Below, piece by piece: positions 9,261 to 17,556 of a stretch of 35,370 nt of DNA. Position 1 is the first letter of the stretch. The number at the start of each line of letters is the position of its first letter. The position numbers were made by a program, and so were the translations under genes. The DNA is from a virus (lineage: Duplodnaviria; Heunggongvirae; Uroviricota; Caudoviricetes). Below the pieces are notes generated by a model, which was not told where the DNA came from, ran no database searches, and saw only the letters and a program-made list of their open reading frames with translations. The stretch covers positions 1-35,370 of the IMG/VR virus record IMGVR_UViG_2778261448_000004, one strand, 5' to 3'.

Positions 9261-9650
9261 TCAGGCGGCTGCACCCGCCGGTTTCTCATACTTACTGATA
9301 GTGATCTCGACCTTCCCTTTCGGGATAACCGGTCCCCACTCCACCAGCATTCTTTTCACCTGTCTGTCGTCTTCCCACACACCCGCGTGGGTCAGGGCGT
9401 CAAACAGAGCCTTGTTATAGTTGTCCAGATCGCGGATCCGGTTATCCGGAGGAAACAACACGATCTCCACTGAAGCAGGTGCCGACGTTGGTTTCGGCAG
9501 ACGACGTAACTGCTCAACTATTGCTGCGCACGCCGCGCTCTGAAATTTTCGCCCCGCCTCGCTTATCAGGCTCTTACCAGCAAATGCCCCTTTGTTGGGG
9601 TGTCGCCAGTACGTGTTCACGCTGGGCGGAAAAGGCAGGATCAGCTTCAT
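9261..9650 (-). CDS. rusA: Holliday-junction resolvase RusA
   Basis: 129 aa; LPFPPSVNTYWRH...DLDNYNKALFDALTHAGVWEDDRQV matches the RusA signature. Confidence 0.9.
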   Translation of the reverse strand: MKLILPFPPSVNTYWRHPNKGAFAGKSLISEAGRKFQSAACAAIVEQLRRLPKPTSAPASVEIVLFPPDNRIRDLDNYNKALFDALTHAGVWEDDRQVKRMLVEWGPVIPKGKVEITISKYEKPAGAAA

Positions 9651-9973
9651 ACTTTCAGGCCCCTCTCATGTAACCAGTGGGCTGCACGCAGCCTGGCGTT
9701 TTCCTCACCGGCAAGCAGTGAGCGGATAATCCCGACCGCCTCGCTGTCGTCGTCCTTCACCACGGTATGAAGCGTGATCCCCCGGGCCACACCACGCTTT
9801 ATCGTGATGACGCCTTTTTTCTCCAGTGCGCGAAGATGCTCCACCGCTGCATTCACTGAACGGTATCCCAGCATGGTTGCCACCTCCTGATTGGTTGGCG
9901 GGAAGCCACGTTCTTTCTGATAAGAAATCAGCATATCCAGCACCTGCTGCTGGCATTGAGTTAACGTCGTCAT
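9647..9973 (-). CDS. LexA-type winged-helix DNA-binding protein lacking the S24 peptidase domain
   Basis: 108 aa; TQCQQQVLDMLISYQKERGFPPTNQEVATMLGYRSVNAAVEHLRALEKKGVITIKRGVARGI closely parallels the LexA N-terminal DNA-binding domain; no Ser/Lys peptidase region. Confidence 0.7.
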   Translation of the reverse strand: MTTLTQCQQQVLDMLISYQKERGFPPTNQEVATMLGYRSVNAAVEHLRALEKKGVITIKRGVARGITLHTVVKDDDSEAVGIIRSLLAGEENARLRAAHWLHERGLKV

Positions 9974-10623
9974 GCCGCCATCTCCCTGACCAGTTTTTCC
10001 GCCTGCTGGCGAACCTGCACCAGAAAGGCTTCACCACATGCCTCAAGTACATCGCGCCCGATGTAGCTGATTGCCGGTCCCTTCCAGGTCTTGTCGAAAA
10101 CAGCAATAGCACCAGCGAAGAAAGCGCCTGTCGGCACCTGCTTCTCATCCTTCGGGATAAACCAGGCAGGCAGTTCAAAACCAATACGCCCGCGAATAAA
10201 AGCAATATGGTCCGCATCTTCCGGCCACCACACTTCGCTGGTGGCAGCTTTGATCAGGAAAACATAGCGCCCGCCCTTATCACGCATGGCACTGGCATGT
10301 TTCATGATGTAACGCATGCCGGTGATGTATTGCTCCTCATGCTGACTGGCGCGGCTGTATGGGGGATTGCCAAAGGCAGCACCTTTAAGCTCCGCAAGAC
10401 GTTCTGACCAGTCATGCGCCAGCGCGTTGTCTTCCGCCGTGTAATACGCGGCACATTTGGCGTTATCACCGTCAGTGAACAGATCCAGAACAAACGGACC
10501 AAACAAGGTGTTAATTCCCCAGAAAATGTTGTCCGGCGTGCGCCACTGATCGCCCACTTCCTTCAGTTCATGGGCTGGTTTGTTCCGCAGTTCTACCAGC
10601 GCCTGGCAATATTTATTACTCAT
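9970..10623 (-). CDS. phage Dam-family DNA N6-adenine methyltransferase, orphan
   Basis: Motif FGNPPY; protein starts MSNKYCQALVEL at ATG 10623. The track ORF begins 15 codons upstream at a non-ATG start. Confidence 0.8.
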   Translation of the reverse strand: MSNKYCQALVELRNKPAHELKEVGDQWRTPDNIFWGINTLFGPFVLDLFTDGDNAKCAAYYTAEDNALAHDWSERLAELKGAAFGNPPYSRASQHEEQYITGMRYIMKHASAMRDKGGRYVFLIKAATSEVWWPEDADHIAFIRGRIGFELPAWFIPKDEKQVPTGAFFAGAIAVFDKTWKGPAISYIGRDVLEACGEAFLVQVRQQAEKLVREMAA

Positions 10624-10717
10624 TAAGCCCCCACGTAAAAAGCATCCGCAATGTCTCCGGAAGTACACCCCGGATGGGCTTCAATGAATTTCTGAACTTC
10701 ATTCAAAAGACTCATGA

Positions 10718-11524
10718 TCACCCCCTGAATCCTTCCGGGATCTGGCTGTAGTCCACGTTGTCGTAACTGGCTTTGAAGTACGGGTCCTCGCGTCTGACTG
10801 CAGATACCGCAGGAACTTCCCAGGATTCTTCGAAATGACGATCCGGGCCAAAGAACGTGACAGCCTGTTTCACAAATTGTGTGCCGCTGTTACCCATCGC
10901 AGATACCCAGCCCGCGTAGCGTTTCACACCTTCCAGCATGGTTTCGGGGTTTACCCCCTCATTCAAACGGGCTTTCCAGGCTTTGAAGGCTGCAGATTTT
11001 GAATTGCCACCAGCACGTTTGGGATAGGCCAGCCATGCCTGCTCAAACTCCGGAGAGTATTCCGGTCGGTTTGAACGAACTCGCACAGACTCATCAGCAG
11101 ATGCACCAACAGCTATTGGTTCATTGACTGGTTCAAAAGAGTGACTGGTTCTGGGTGAATCTCCTGCACTACCCCCTGGTGCAACTCCTGCACTACCTGG
11201 TGAATTTGCTGCACCAGATAGTGAATTATTTGCACTACCCCCTAGTGAATCTCCTGCACCATCCAGATGAAGGAGATAGATATTACTTGAGTTACCTTTT
11301 TCACCTTTCCGGGTGACTTTTTTTACCAGCCCGGACTCACAAAGGGCCGCAATATGATTCATCACAGAACGTTTGCTAATCTCGCACTGGTCAGCAATAT
11401 GCTGGTAGCTGGGCCAGCACTCACCCTGATCGCTGGCATTATCAGCCAGCTTGATCAGAACCAGTTTTCGCAATGGATTACCCACTCGAATTTTCATCGC
11501 TTTAACCATCAGCTCCATACTCAT
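10718..11524 (-). CDS. phage replication initiation protein (O-like; N-terminal HTH, low-complexity linker encoded by iterons)
   Basis: 268 aa; N-terminal winged-helix (LIKLADNASDQGECWPSYQHIADQCEISKRSVMNHIAAL); central Gly/Ser/Ala-rich linker encoded by tandem ~22-bp repeats; basic C-terminal domain. Confidence 0.7.
   Translation of the reverse strand: MSMELMVKAMKIRVGNPLRKLVLIKLADNASDQGECWPSYQHIADQCEISKRSVMNHIAALCESGLVKKVTRKGEKGNSSNIYLLHLDGAGDSLGGSANNSLSGAANSPGSAGVAPGGSAGDSPRTSHSFEPVNEPIAVGASADESVRVRSNRPEYSPEFEQAWLAYPKRAGGNSKSAAFKAWKARLNEGVNPETMLEGVKRYAGWVSAMGNSGTQFVKQAVTFFGPDRHFEESWEVPAVSAVRREDPYFKASYDNVDYSQIPEGFRG
11153..11263. repeat. five tandem imperfect ~21-24-bp direct repeats (candidate ori iterons) inside the replication gene
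   Basis: Units GGTGAATCTCCTGCACTACCCCCT / GGTGCAACTCCTGCACTACCT / GGTGAATTTGCTGCACCAGATA / GTGAATTATTTGCACTACCCCCT / AGTGAATCTCCTGCACCATC, followed at 11264-11330 by an AT-rich tract. Confidence 0.55.
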
Positions 11525-11757
11525 GCTGCACCTCCGAGATGCTTCATGTTTTTTCCGGAGCGAAAGGCTATAAGCGGCATACTGACGCGGTAATTACGGC
11601 CCAGCGGTTCACAAACCACCTTCTGACATTCACGGTCAACCAGGCTGACACGTAGAACATGCCCTGCAGGCGTGGTGTACCACTGCCCAACTGTAGGAAT
11701 TGATGTTTTTTTACGCTGAAGCAAACGGCAAATATTGAGGATCAACGGATTAAGCAT
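11521..11757 (-). CDS. hypothetical early protein (78 aa)
   Basis: Translationally coupled in a compact operon (overlaps both neighbours); no motif recognised. Confidence 0.5.
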   Translation of the reverse strand: MLNPLILNICRLLQRKKTSIPTVGQWYTTPAGHVLRVSLVDRECQKVVCEPLGRNYRVSMPLIAFRSGKNMKHLGGAA

Positions 11758-12586
11758 GACGATGCCCTCCGCTGATATTCAGGAGACGGTGAATATGAAA
11801 ATTAGCCTTATCCGCCAAACGGATACGTTCAGCCTGCAAGTTAAGAAGGGTTTCTACCAGAACCTGATGCGCCTGCGGATCCGAAAGAGTTACCTTGCGC
11901 AGAGCACGTAGTGCAGTTGTTACATAACTGAGTTTATGTAAGTCTTCATCATTCAGACGAGTGAGGGCTGGGACAGTAGCCATGATGGCAGCCTCCGATA
12001 ACAGTGAATTACCTTCACCACCGGAAACGCCAATTTCGCTGGTGGTGAACTGAACGGGGTTGGCGTAACCGGCGTTATCGGAAACCGGCGCACCTTTCGG
12101 TGCCCCCGTCCAGCCCACCATAATTTGGGTGTGCGCAGACGCAGACGATAAAAAAGACGCTGGCGCGTCATATATCGCCGATAACATTTCCAGGACGCCA
12201 ATCCCGGCACCCGCTTTATAAGGTGCCTGAACAGTGTAACGTCCCGGAATGGCAGAATCAATGTGCTGGTGGTCCTTCACACTCAACAAAATCACGCCTG
12301 AATTTCCACAAAGGACTAAAGCACTCATGCGGGTAGTCTTTGCGAAGATAGATAACGCGCTGTGTTTCTGGCTCCCAACGAATAACATGGACATAAAGCC
12401 CTCTTCCGTCACGAAACCAGCGGTTAAGTTCCTGCACAACTCGCCCCCCACAGTCAGGTAAAGTTCTCTGTGGTTACTTACAGCCAGGTGATTTGGTAAT
12501 CTGCATTCATGCCGTAACAACAGGTGTGCAGCGACACTGACCACCAGCTGTTGCGACAAACGGTTATTTGCCGTTAAACTGTTCAT
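11750..12586 (-). CDS. hypothetical early protein (278 aa)
   Basis: Overlaps both neighbours by a few nt; no Walker motif; position between immunity region and replication gene. Confidence 0.6.
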   Translation of the reverse strand: MNSLTANNRLSQQLVVSVAAHLLLRHECRLPNHLAVSNHRELYLTVGGELCRNLTAGFVTEEGFMSMLFVGSQKHSALSIFAKTTRMSALVLCGNSGVILLSVKDHQHIDSAIPGRYTVQAPYKAGAGIGVLEMLSAIYDAPASFLSSASAHTQIMVGWTGAPKGAPVSDNAGYANPVQFTTSEIGVSGGEGNSLLSEAAIMATVPALTRLNDEDLHKLSYVTTALRALRKVTLSDPQAHQVLVETLLNLQAERIRLADKANFHIHRLLNISGGHRHA

Positions 12587-13146
12587 GCGTTAGTTTCTCC
12601 ACAGACACAAAACGCCACGACGCCCGGAGCTGCACACTCGCGGGCGTCACTCTTTTCTGGAGCGCAAAAGATTTTGTAGACCAGTGCTGCATGCTCCTGG
12701 AGCTTCGAAATTGACAGATACAACTCATCATTAATTGCTGTCTGCTCGTGTGGCTCCACGACCCCATCTTCGATTGCCGAACGAATCTGCTTTGAGTAAT
12801 TCCCGATCTGTTCGATGACTTCCAGCAGGCGCTGGTTTATATCGGCGTTCTCTACTTCCTCAATTTCAGGAAGCGATACAAACACCCCACCAGCAGACTG
12901 TGCGACAGCATCCGCAATGTAGTGAGTGCCAGCCGCGCGCTGTAAAATCATTGCCCATCCCAGCGGGAAAATCTGATCGCCATCTGCACGAAGGCGGTTG
13001 AATAAAGCGTTCTCTGTTACATCCAGCCACTCAGCAGCTTCAGCGTAACCCCCCGGCAACGCCGCGATAGTTTTTCTGACAGCTTTCACGTACCACTCAG
13101 GCTGTTTTTCTACTTTCCAGTGATGCTTACCCACGGTTAGCCTCAT
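12583..13146 (-). CDS. hypothetical early protein (187 aa) in the position lambda uses for cII
   Basis: First gene downstream of the cro-like gene; acidic central region; function not recognised. Confidence 0.6.
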   Translation of the reverse strand: MRLTVGKHHWKVEKQPEWYVKAVRKTIAALPGGYAEAAEWLDVTENALFNRLRADGDQIFPLGWAMILQRAAGTHYIADAVAQSAGGVFVSLPEIEEVENADINQRLLEVIEQIGNYSKQIRSAIEDGVVEPHEQTAINDELYLSISKLQEHAALVYKIFCAPEKSDARECAAPGVVAFCVCGETNA

Positions 13147-13177
13147 CGTTCTGTGGTTAAAAATTGAAGGTGTTCTG

Positions 13178-13378
13178 TTAATCTTTCGGATAGATATCCG
13201 GTCTTAAGTCAGATTTCGTAATTGCACCTGACGTGCATTGCTCAAGTTTTTTAGCCAGCACAAAACTGGCTTTTTTATAACCATTGAAAACCAGCCGTAA
13301 GTAGCCTGGTGTTGAGCCAACTTTTCCGGCCAACTCGCCCTGCTGTTCTTTGGTTAAAGAGTCCCAATACGCTTTCAT
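13178..13378 (-). CDS. Cro-like HTH repressor (66 aa)
   Basis: MKAYWDSLTKEQQGELAGKVGSTPGYLRLVFNGYKKASF... with GGAGG RBS 9 nt upstream of ATG 13378; divergent from the CI-like gene. The 167-aa track ORF is an upstream extension across the operator region. Confidence 0.7.
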   Translation of the reverse strand: MKAYWDSLTKEQQGELAGKVGSTPGYLRLVFNGYKKASFVLAKKLEQCTSGAITKSDLRPDIYPKD

Positions 13379-13468
13379 ACAATATGTACCTCCGGTATAC
13401 ATATTACATGATTGAGATGAACCTTCAAGATACTTGTACCTTATCGGTACAAAGGTTTTAATTTCTTT
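13379..13468. promoter_or_regulatory. immunity-region operator/promoter interval (divergent cI-like and cro-like promoters)
   Basis: 90-bp divergent intergenic region containing the palindrome TTGTACC-N5-GGTACAA (13436-13452) and a further GTACC half-site at 13386-13391. Confidence 0.5.
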
Positions 13469-14143
13469 ATGAAAACAGTCCATGACATCCGGCGGTCTAA
13501 CGCCAGAAAACTGAGAGATGGTGTTGGCGGGAATTCTTCCTTTGCCACCATGATTGATCGCGAGCCAACCCAGACCAGCAGGTTTATGGGAGATGGTGCT
13601 ACTAAAAATATCGGTGACAGCATGGCGCGGCACATCGAAAAATGTTTCGACCTGCCTGTCGGATGGCTTGATCAAGAACACCAGACCACGAACATCACAA
13701 AAAAACCTGATGTTTCAATCACTAACAAACAAATAACGTTAGTCCCTGTCATATCATGGGTACAGGCCGGAGCATGGAAAGAAGTTGGCTATTCTGAGGT
13801 TGATTTGAGCACAGCAGAAACTTACCCCTGCCCTGTACCCTGTGGCGAAATGACTTATATCTTGCGGGTGATTGGTGATTCAATGATTGATGAGTACCGC
13901 CCGGGAGACATGATTTTTGTTGATCCTGAAGTCCCTGCCTGCCACGGTGACGACGTTATTGCATTGATGCACGATACAGGCGAAACCACCTTCAAGCGGT
14001 TGATAGAAGATGGAACACAGCGTTACCTCAAAGCATTAAACCCAAACTGGCCTGAACCTTACATTAAGATCAACGGTAATTGCTCTATAATTGGTACAGT
14101 GATTTTCTCAGGAAAACCAAGAAGATACATAATAAAGGCCTAA
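13469..14143 (+). CDS. CI-like phage repressor with C-terminal S24 (LexA-like) peptidase domain
   Basis: 224 aa; C-terminal VIGDSMIDEYRPGDMIFVDP ... TFKRLIEDG carries the Ser and Lys of the S24 self-cleavage dyad; N-terminal HTH-like region; divergent from cro-like gene. Confidence 0.8.
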   Translation: MKTVHDIRRSNARKLRDGVGGNSSFATMIDREPTQTSRFMGDGATKNIGDSMARHIEKCFDLPVGWLDQEHQTTNITKKPDVSITNKQITLVPVISWVQAGAWKEVGYSEVDLSTAETYPCPVPCGEMTYILRVIGDSMIDEYRPGDMIFVDPEVPACHGDDVIALMHDTGETTFKRLIEDGTQRYLKALNPNWPEPYIKINGNCSIIGTVIFSGKPRRYIIKA

Positions 14144-14154
14144 TAAATATTTAT

Positions 14155-14179
14155 AACCTGCTTCGGCAGGTTTTTTTAT
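14155..14179 (+). terminator. intrinsic terminator after the repressor gene
   Basis: AACCTGC-TTCG-GCAGGTT hairpin followed by TTTTTTT, 12 nt after the cI-like stop codon. Confidence 0.7.
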
Positions 14180-14181
14180 AC

Positions 14182-14209
14182 TTGACAATGTACCCATGAG
14201 ATACATAAT
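14182..14209 (+). promoter_or_regulatory. near-consensus sigma70 promoter with palindrome over the -10
   Basis: TTGACA (14182-14187), 16-nt spacer, CATAAT (14204-14209); the -10 lies inside the inverted repeat GATACAT-A-ATGTATC (candidate operator). Confidence 0.55.
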
Positions 14210-14215
14210 GTATCT

Positions 14216-14809
14216 AAAAGAAACACAACACAGGCAAGATTAAACAAAATTTGGTTGTAACACGGCGTATGGCACATGCGTCGTTAGCGGTCTGGGGACG
14301 TTAAAGGGGACAATCCACTCCTTGCTCGGGCAAACAAACCAGGTAGCCGGAATGTGCAAGTCAATGATGATGCTGATAAGACGCCTAACCAGCGTGGCGA
14401 TTCGGTTTGACGCCTGGGAAGAGACCAGGGTGCAACGATGAGGGCATTTATGGAGCCGTGACAAAGTGTGGTGCCGTAACTGGCTAAGTGCTCTCAGCGT
14501 TGTGGTAATCCGCGAAATGGCGCGGCGGTAAGTATGGCGGGGTTACTCTTTCCCCGTTGAGAACACCGGATTGTCAGGTTGACCATACGCCTGAGTGACA
14601 ACCCCACCACAACAGCCACTGCTTTGGCGGTACCAGTTTGTCCCCTTGCTTCCGGCTGGTACCGCTCTTTTTACAAAACAGAGAAGAGCATCACCGGACG
14701 ACGGGCTCATAACCCAATCCATCCGGGCGGCTGCCACCGCAGGTGTTCTTCTCTGTTTTGTGGAGAAACCAACCGACCTTGCAGGGTCGATATGATGAGG
14801 AGCAGCAAA
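14216..14809 (+). promoter_or_regulatory. ~590-nt structured leader / candidate cis-regulatory RNA with attenuator-like hairpin
   Basis: No convincing ORF with RBS; 10-bp perfect stem GCGGTACCAG/CTGGTACCGC (14627-14665) followed by TCTTTTT; 13-bp perfect inverted repeat CAAAACAGAGAAG (14674-14686) / CTTCTCTGTTTTG (14748-14760); several shorter GC stems. Confidence 0.4.
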
Positions 14810-15172
14810 ATGGCTAGCGAACGCAGTACTGATGTGCAGGCATTTATCGGGGAGCTGGACGGCGGCGTATTTGAAACCAAAATCGGCGCAGTTCTCAGTG
14901 AAGTCGCTTCCGGTGTGATGAACACGAAAACCAAAGGGAAGGTCTCACTCAACCTGGAAATCGAACCATTTGATGAGAACCGTGTGAAAATCAAACACAA
15001 ACTCTCATATGTTCGCCCGACTAACCGCGGGAAAATTTCCGAAGAAGACACCACCGAAACGCCGATGTATGTCAATCGCGGTGGTCGCCTGACTATTCTA
15101 CAGGAAGACCAGGGACAATTACTGACTCTTGCCGGTGAACCTGACGGAAAACTCCGCGCAGCAGGTCATTAA
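14810..15172 (+). CDS. yfdP: hypothetical phage protein, YfdP-like (120 aa)
   Basis: ATG 14810 with GAGGAG RBS; 120 aa; first of a block whose lengths and order (120/274/178 aa) match yfdP-yfdQ-yfdR of E. coli prophage CPS-53 by recollection. Track ORF is a 5' extension. Confidence 0.55.
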   Translation: MASERSTDVQAFIGELDGGVFETKIGAVLSEVASGVMNTKTKGKVSLNLEIEPFDENRVKIKHKLSYVRPTNRGKISEEDTTETPMYVNRGGRLTILQEDQGQLLTLAGEPDGKLRAAGH

Positions 15173-15237
15173 TATCGTTTTTAATAAACTGATTATTTCT
15201 CTCATCACTGAATATTTTTATATAGTGAGGACTTATT

Positions 15238-16062
15238 ATGTCTCAGAACTTAGACGCAACCGCAATTAATCAAATCCATGCCCTTATTTCTGCTCTGGGT
15301 GTTAATGAAATTATCAGTAAGATTGGTGCCGATGCTGTGGCATTGCCTGAGAATTTCCGCATTCATGATCTGGAAAAATTTAATTTAAATCGTTTCCGTT
15401 TCCGTGGTGCGCTTTCCACTGCCAGCATCGATGACTTTACTCGTTATTCTAAAGATCTTGCAGATGAAGGCACCCGCTGCTTTATCGATGCCGATAATAT
15501 GCGTGCCGTCAGTGTGCTTAACCTAGGTACTATTGATGAGCCAGGTCACGCAGATAACACTGCCACTCTCAAACTGAAAAAGACAGCACCGTTCTCTGCT
15601 CTGTTGTCTGTTAACGGCGAGCGTAACTCCCAGAAGTCACTGGCAGAATGGATCGAAGACTGGGCCGACTACCTTGTGGGCTTTGATGCTAATGGTGATG
15701 CCATTCAGGCAACAAAAGCGGCTGCGGCAGTCCGTAAAATCACGATTGAAGCAAACCAGACCGCTGATTTTGAAGACAATGACTTCAGCGGCAAACGCTC
15801 CCTGATGGAGTCTGTCGAAGCGAAGACCAAAGATATTATGCCTGTGGCATTTGAATTTAAATGCGTTCCGTTTGAAGGCCTGAAAGAACGTCCGTTTAAA
15901 TTACGCCTCAGCATTATCACTGGCGATCGTCCTGTACTGGTTCTGCGCATTATTCAGCTGGAAGCAGTGCAGGAAGAAATGGCTAACGAATTTCGTGATC
16001 TGCTTGTTGAGAAATTCAAGGACAGCAAAGTAGAAACCTTTATTGGTACTTTCACCGCCTGA
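15238..16062 (+). CDS. yfdQ: hypothetical phage protein, YfdQ-like (274 aa)
   Basis: 274-aa ORF with ATG start, high coding quality; length and context match YfdQ (recollection; no search run). Confidence 0.55.
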   Translation: MSQNLDATAINQIHALISALGVNEIISKIGADAVALPENFRIHDLEKFNLNRFRFRGALSTASIDDFTRYSKDLADEGTRCFIDADNMRAVSVLNLGTIDEPGHADNTATLKLKKTAPFSALLSVNGERNSQKSLAEWIEDWADYLVGFDANGDAIQATKAAAAVRKITIEANQTADFEDNDFSGKRSLMESVEAKTKDIMPVAFEFKCVPFEGLKERPFKLRLSIITGDRPVLVLRIIQLEAVQEEMANEFRDLLVEKFKDSKVETFIGTFTA

Positions 16063-16189
16063 TTTCATTACTGCAAATGCCCCTGCGGGGGCATTTATGG
16101 AAACGTAATTGACTCAATAATCGCCGGATGGTGAGGGCTTCCTTTTACCAGAATTCAGCGCGGTGCAGCGCATATACGTGGAGAACAAA

Positions 16190-16726
16190 ATGTCATTTAT
16201 TAAAACTTTTTCCGGGAAGCATTTTTATTATGACAGGATAAATAAAGACGACATCGTTATTAACGATATCGCGGTTTCTCTTTCAAATATCTGTCGCTTT
16301 GCAGGACATCTTTCACATTTCTACAGCGTCGCCCAACATGCGGTGCTTTGCAGCCAACTGGTACCGCAGGAATTTGCTTTTGAAGCGTTAATGCATGATG
16401 CAACAGAAGCGTATTGCCAGGACATCCCGGCGCCACTGAAACGCCTTCTTCCTGACTATAAACGGATGGAAGAAAAAATAGACGCCGTAATCCGTGAGAA
16501 ATACGGGTTACCCCCGGTTATGAGTACCCCCGTGAAATATGCCGATCTCATCATGCTGGCAACCGAACGCCGCGATCTCGGGCTTGATGATGGCTCTTTC
16601 TGGCCTGTGCTGGAAGGTATCCCGGCAACAGAGATGTTCAACGTGATTCCACTGGCTCCAGGCCATGCCTACGGGATGTTTATGGAACGCTTTAACGAAT
16701 TATCGGAGTTACGCAAATGCGCATGA
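16190..16726 (+). CDS. yfdR: HD-domain phosphohydrolase (5'-deoxynucleotidase-like), YfdR-like
   Basis: 178 aa from ATG 16190 (GGAGAA RBS); metal-binding H...HD motif (VAQHAVLCSQ ... ALMHDATEAY). Confidence 0.65.
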   Translation: MSFIKTFSGKHFYYDRINKDDIVINDIAVSLSNICRFAGHLSHFYSVAQHAVLCSQLVPQEFAFEALMHDATEAYCQDIPAPLKRLLPDYKRMEEKIDAVIREKYGLPPVMSTPVKYADLIMLATERRDLGLDDGSFWPVLEGIPATEMFNVIPLAPGHAYGMFMERFNELSELRKCA

Positions 16727-17049
16727 ATGTTTTCGAAATGGAAGGGGTTCTTCGCGGGAAATGTGTACCGCGAGATCTGAAAGTGAATGAAACAAATGCT
16801 GAGTATCTGGTACGTAAATTCGATGCGCTTGAAGCTAAATGTGCGGCTCTGGAAAACAAAGTAATACCAGTGTCAGCTGAACTGCCGCCAGCAAATGAAA
16901 GTGTTCTGTTATTTGATGCTAATGGAGAAGGCTGGCTGATTGGCTGGCGTTCTCTCTGGTACACATGGGGCAAAAAGAAACCGGAGAATGGCAGTGGACA
17001 TTTCAGGTCGGGGACCTTGAAAACGTCAATATCACTCACTGGGCAGTAA
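16717..17049 (+). CDS. hypothetical phage protein (110 aa)
   Basis: ATG with GGAG RBS; overlaps the HD gene stop by 10 nt (translational coupling). Confidence 0.55.
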   Translation: MRMNVFEMEGVLRGKCVPRDLKVNETNAEYLVRKFDALEAKCAALENKVIPVSAELPPANESVLLFDANGEGWLIGWRSLWYTWGKKKPENGSGHFRSGTLKTSISLTGQ

Positions 17050-17074
17050 TGCCGAAAGCACCAGAGACTAAGAA

Positions 17075-17290
17075 ATGAGCGTGATAAAAACTCATACAGG
17101 AATTGTTATCACCCGAGACAGTGAAAAGCGGATGAAATTACATTCCACTGAAACGTCCTGGGTTGCCGGACGTTGTGAATCCTACGACAAAAAGACTGGT
17201 TACCGTTGGGGTGCGCCAAACATGCGTCGCCGTCTGCTCCTGGACAGCATCAGGCCAATAAAACAGGTAGCAACCAGAGAACAAAATTAA
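17075..17290 (+). CDS. hypothetical phage protein (71 aa)
   Basis: ORF in operon context upstream of xis; weak RBS. Confidence 0.4.
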   Translation: MSVIKTHTGIVITRDSEKRMKLHSTETSWVAGRCESYDKKTGYRWGAPNMRRRLLLDSIRPIKQVATREQN

Positions 17291-17349
17291 TTATCAGGAC
17301 TGGAATTTGATATTACTGCCCGTGTGCAGCGGGCTAAGTGGAGAAACAT

Positions 17350-17556
17350 ATGCTGAACCTCGATTGCGTTCCTATCTCAACTTATTGCAAAGAAACTGGC
17401 GAAACTCCTGAAGCAATAAACAAACGTGTACAGCGCGGTGTTTGGCGTGAAGGTGTTCAGGTTTTAAAGGTTGAAGGCGTTAAGGAGAGGTGGATTGATC
17501 TTAGTGAGGTTGCAAAATGGGCCAGACAAAACTGCTCAAACTACCGCGCGGCGTAA
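17350..17556 (+). CDS. excisionase-like protein (Xis)
   Basis: Small basic protein directly upstream of and overlapping the integrase gene; ATG 17350 preceded by GGAG; track ORF starts at an upstream GTG (17338). Confidence 0.6.
   Translation: MLNLDCVPISTYCKETGETPEAINKRVQRGVWREGVQVLKVEGVKERWIDLSEVAKWARQNCSNYRAA

Noticed and set aside
9705-10407. ORFs 9705..10217(-) and 9826..10407(+) (170 and 193 aa) overlapping the Dam-like and LexA-DBD genes
   Set aside because: Alternative-frame or antisense reading of GC-rich coding sequence; the in-frame genes carry recognisable motifs and operon-type overlaps.
11153-11263. Tandem repeats considered as a possible CRISPR array
   Set aside because: Contiguous imperfect ~22-bp repeats with no intervening spacers, inside a coding frame; consistent with replication iterons, not CRISPR.
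13178-13681. 167-aa long form of the cro-like ORF
   Set aside because: The N-terminal 100 codons run through the operator/promoter region and the start of the divergent repressor gene; an internal ATG at 13378 has a GGAGG RBS and gives a Cro-sized 66-aa protein.
14240-14795. Small ORFs 14240..14464(-), 14543..14737(-), 14595..14795(+) in the leader region
   Set aside because: No RBS; they overlap extensive inverted repeats; the region is better explained as structured RNA. Not fully excluded.
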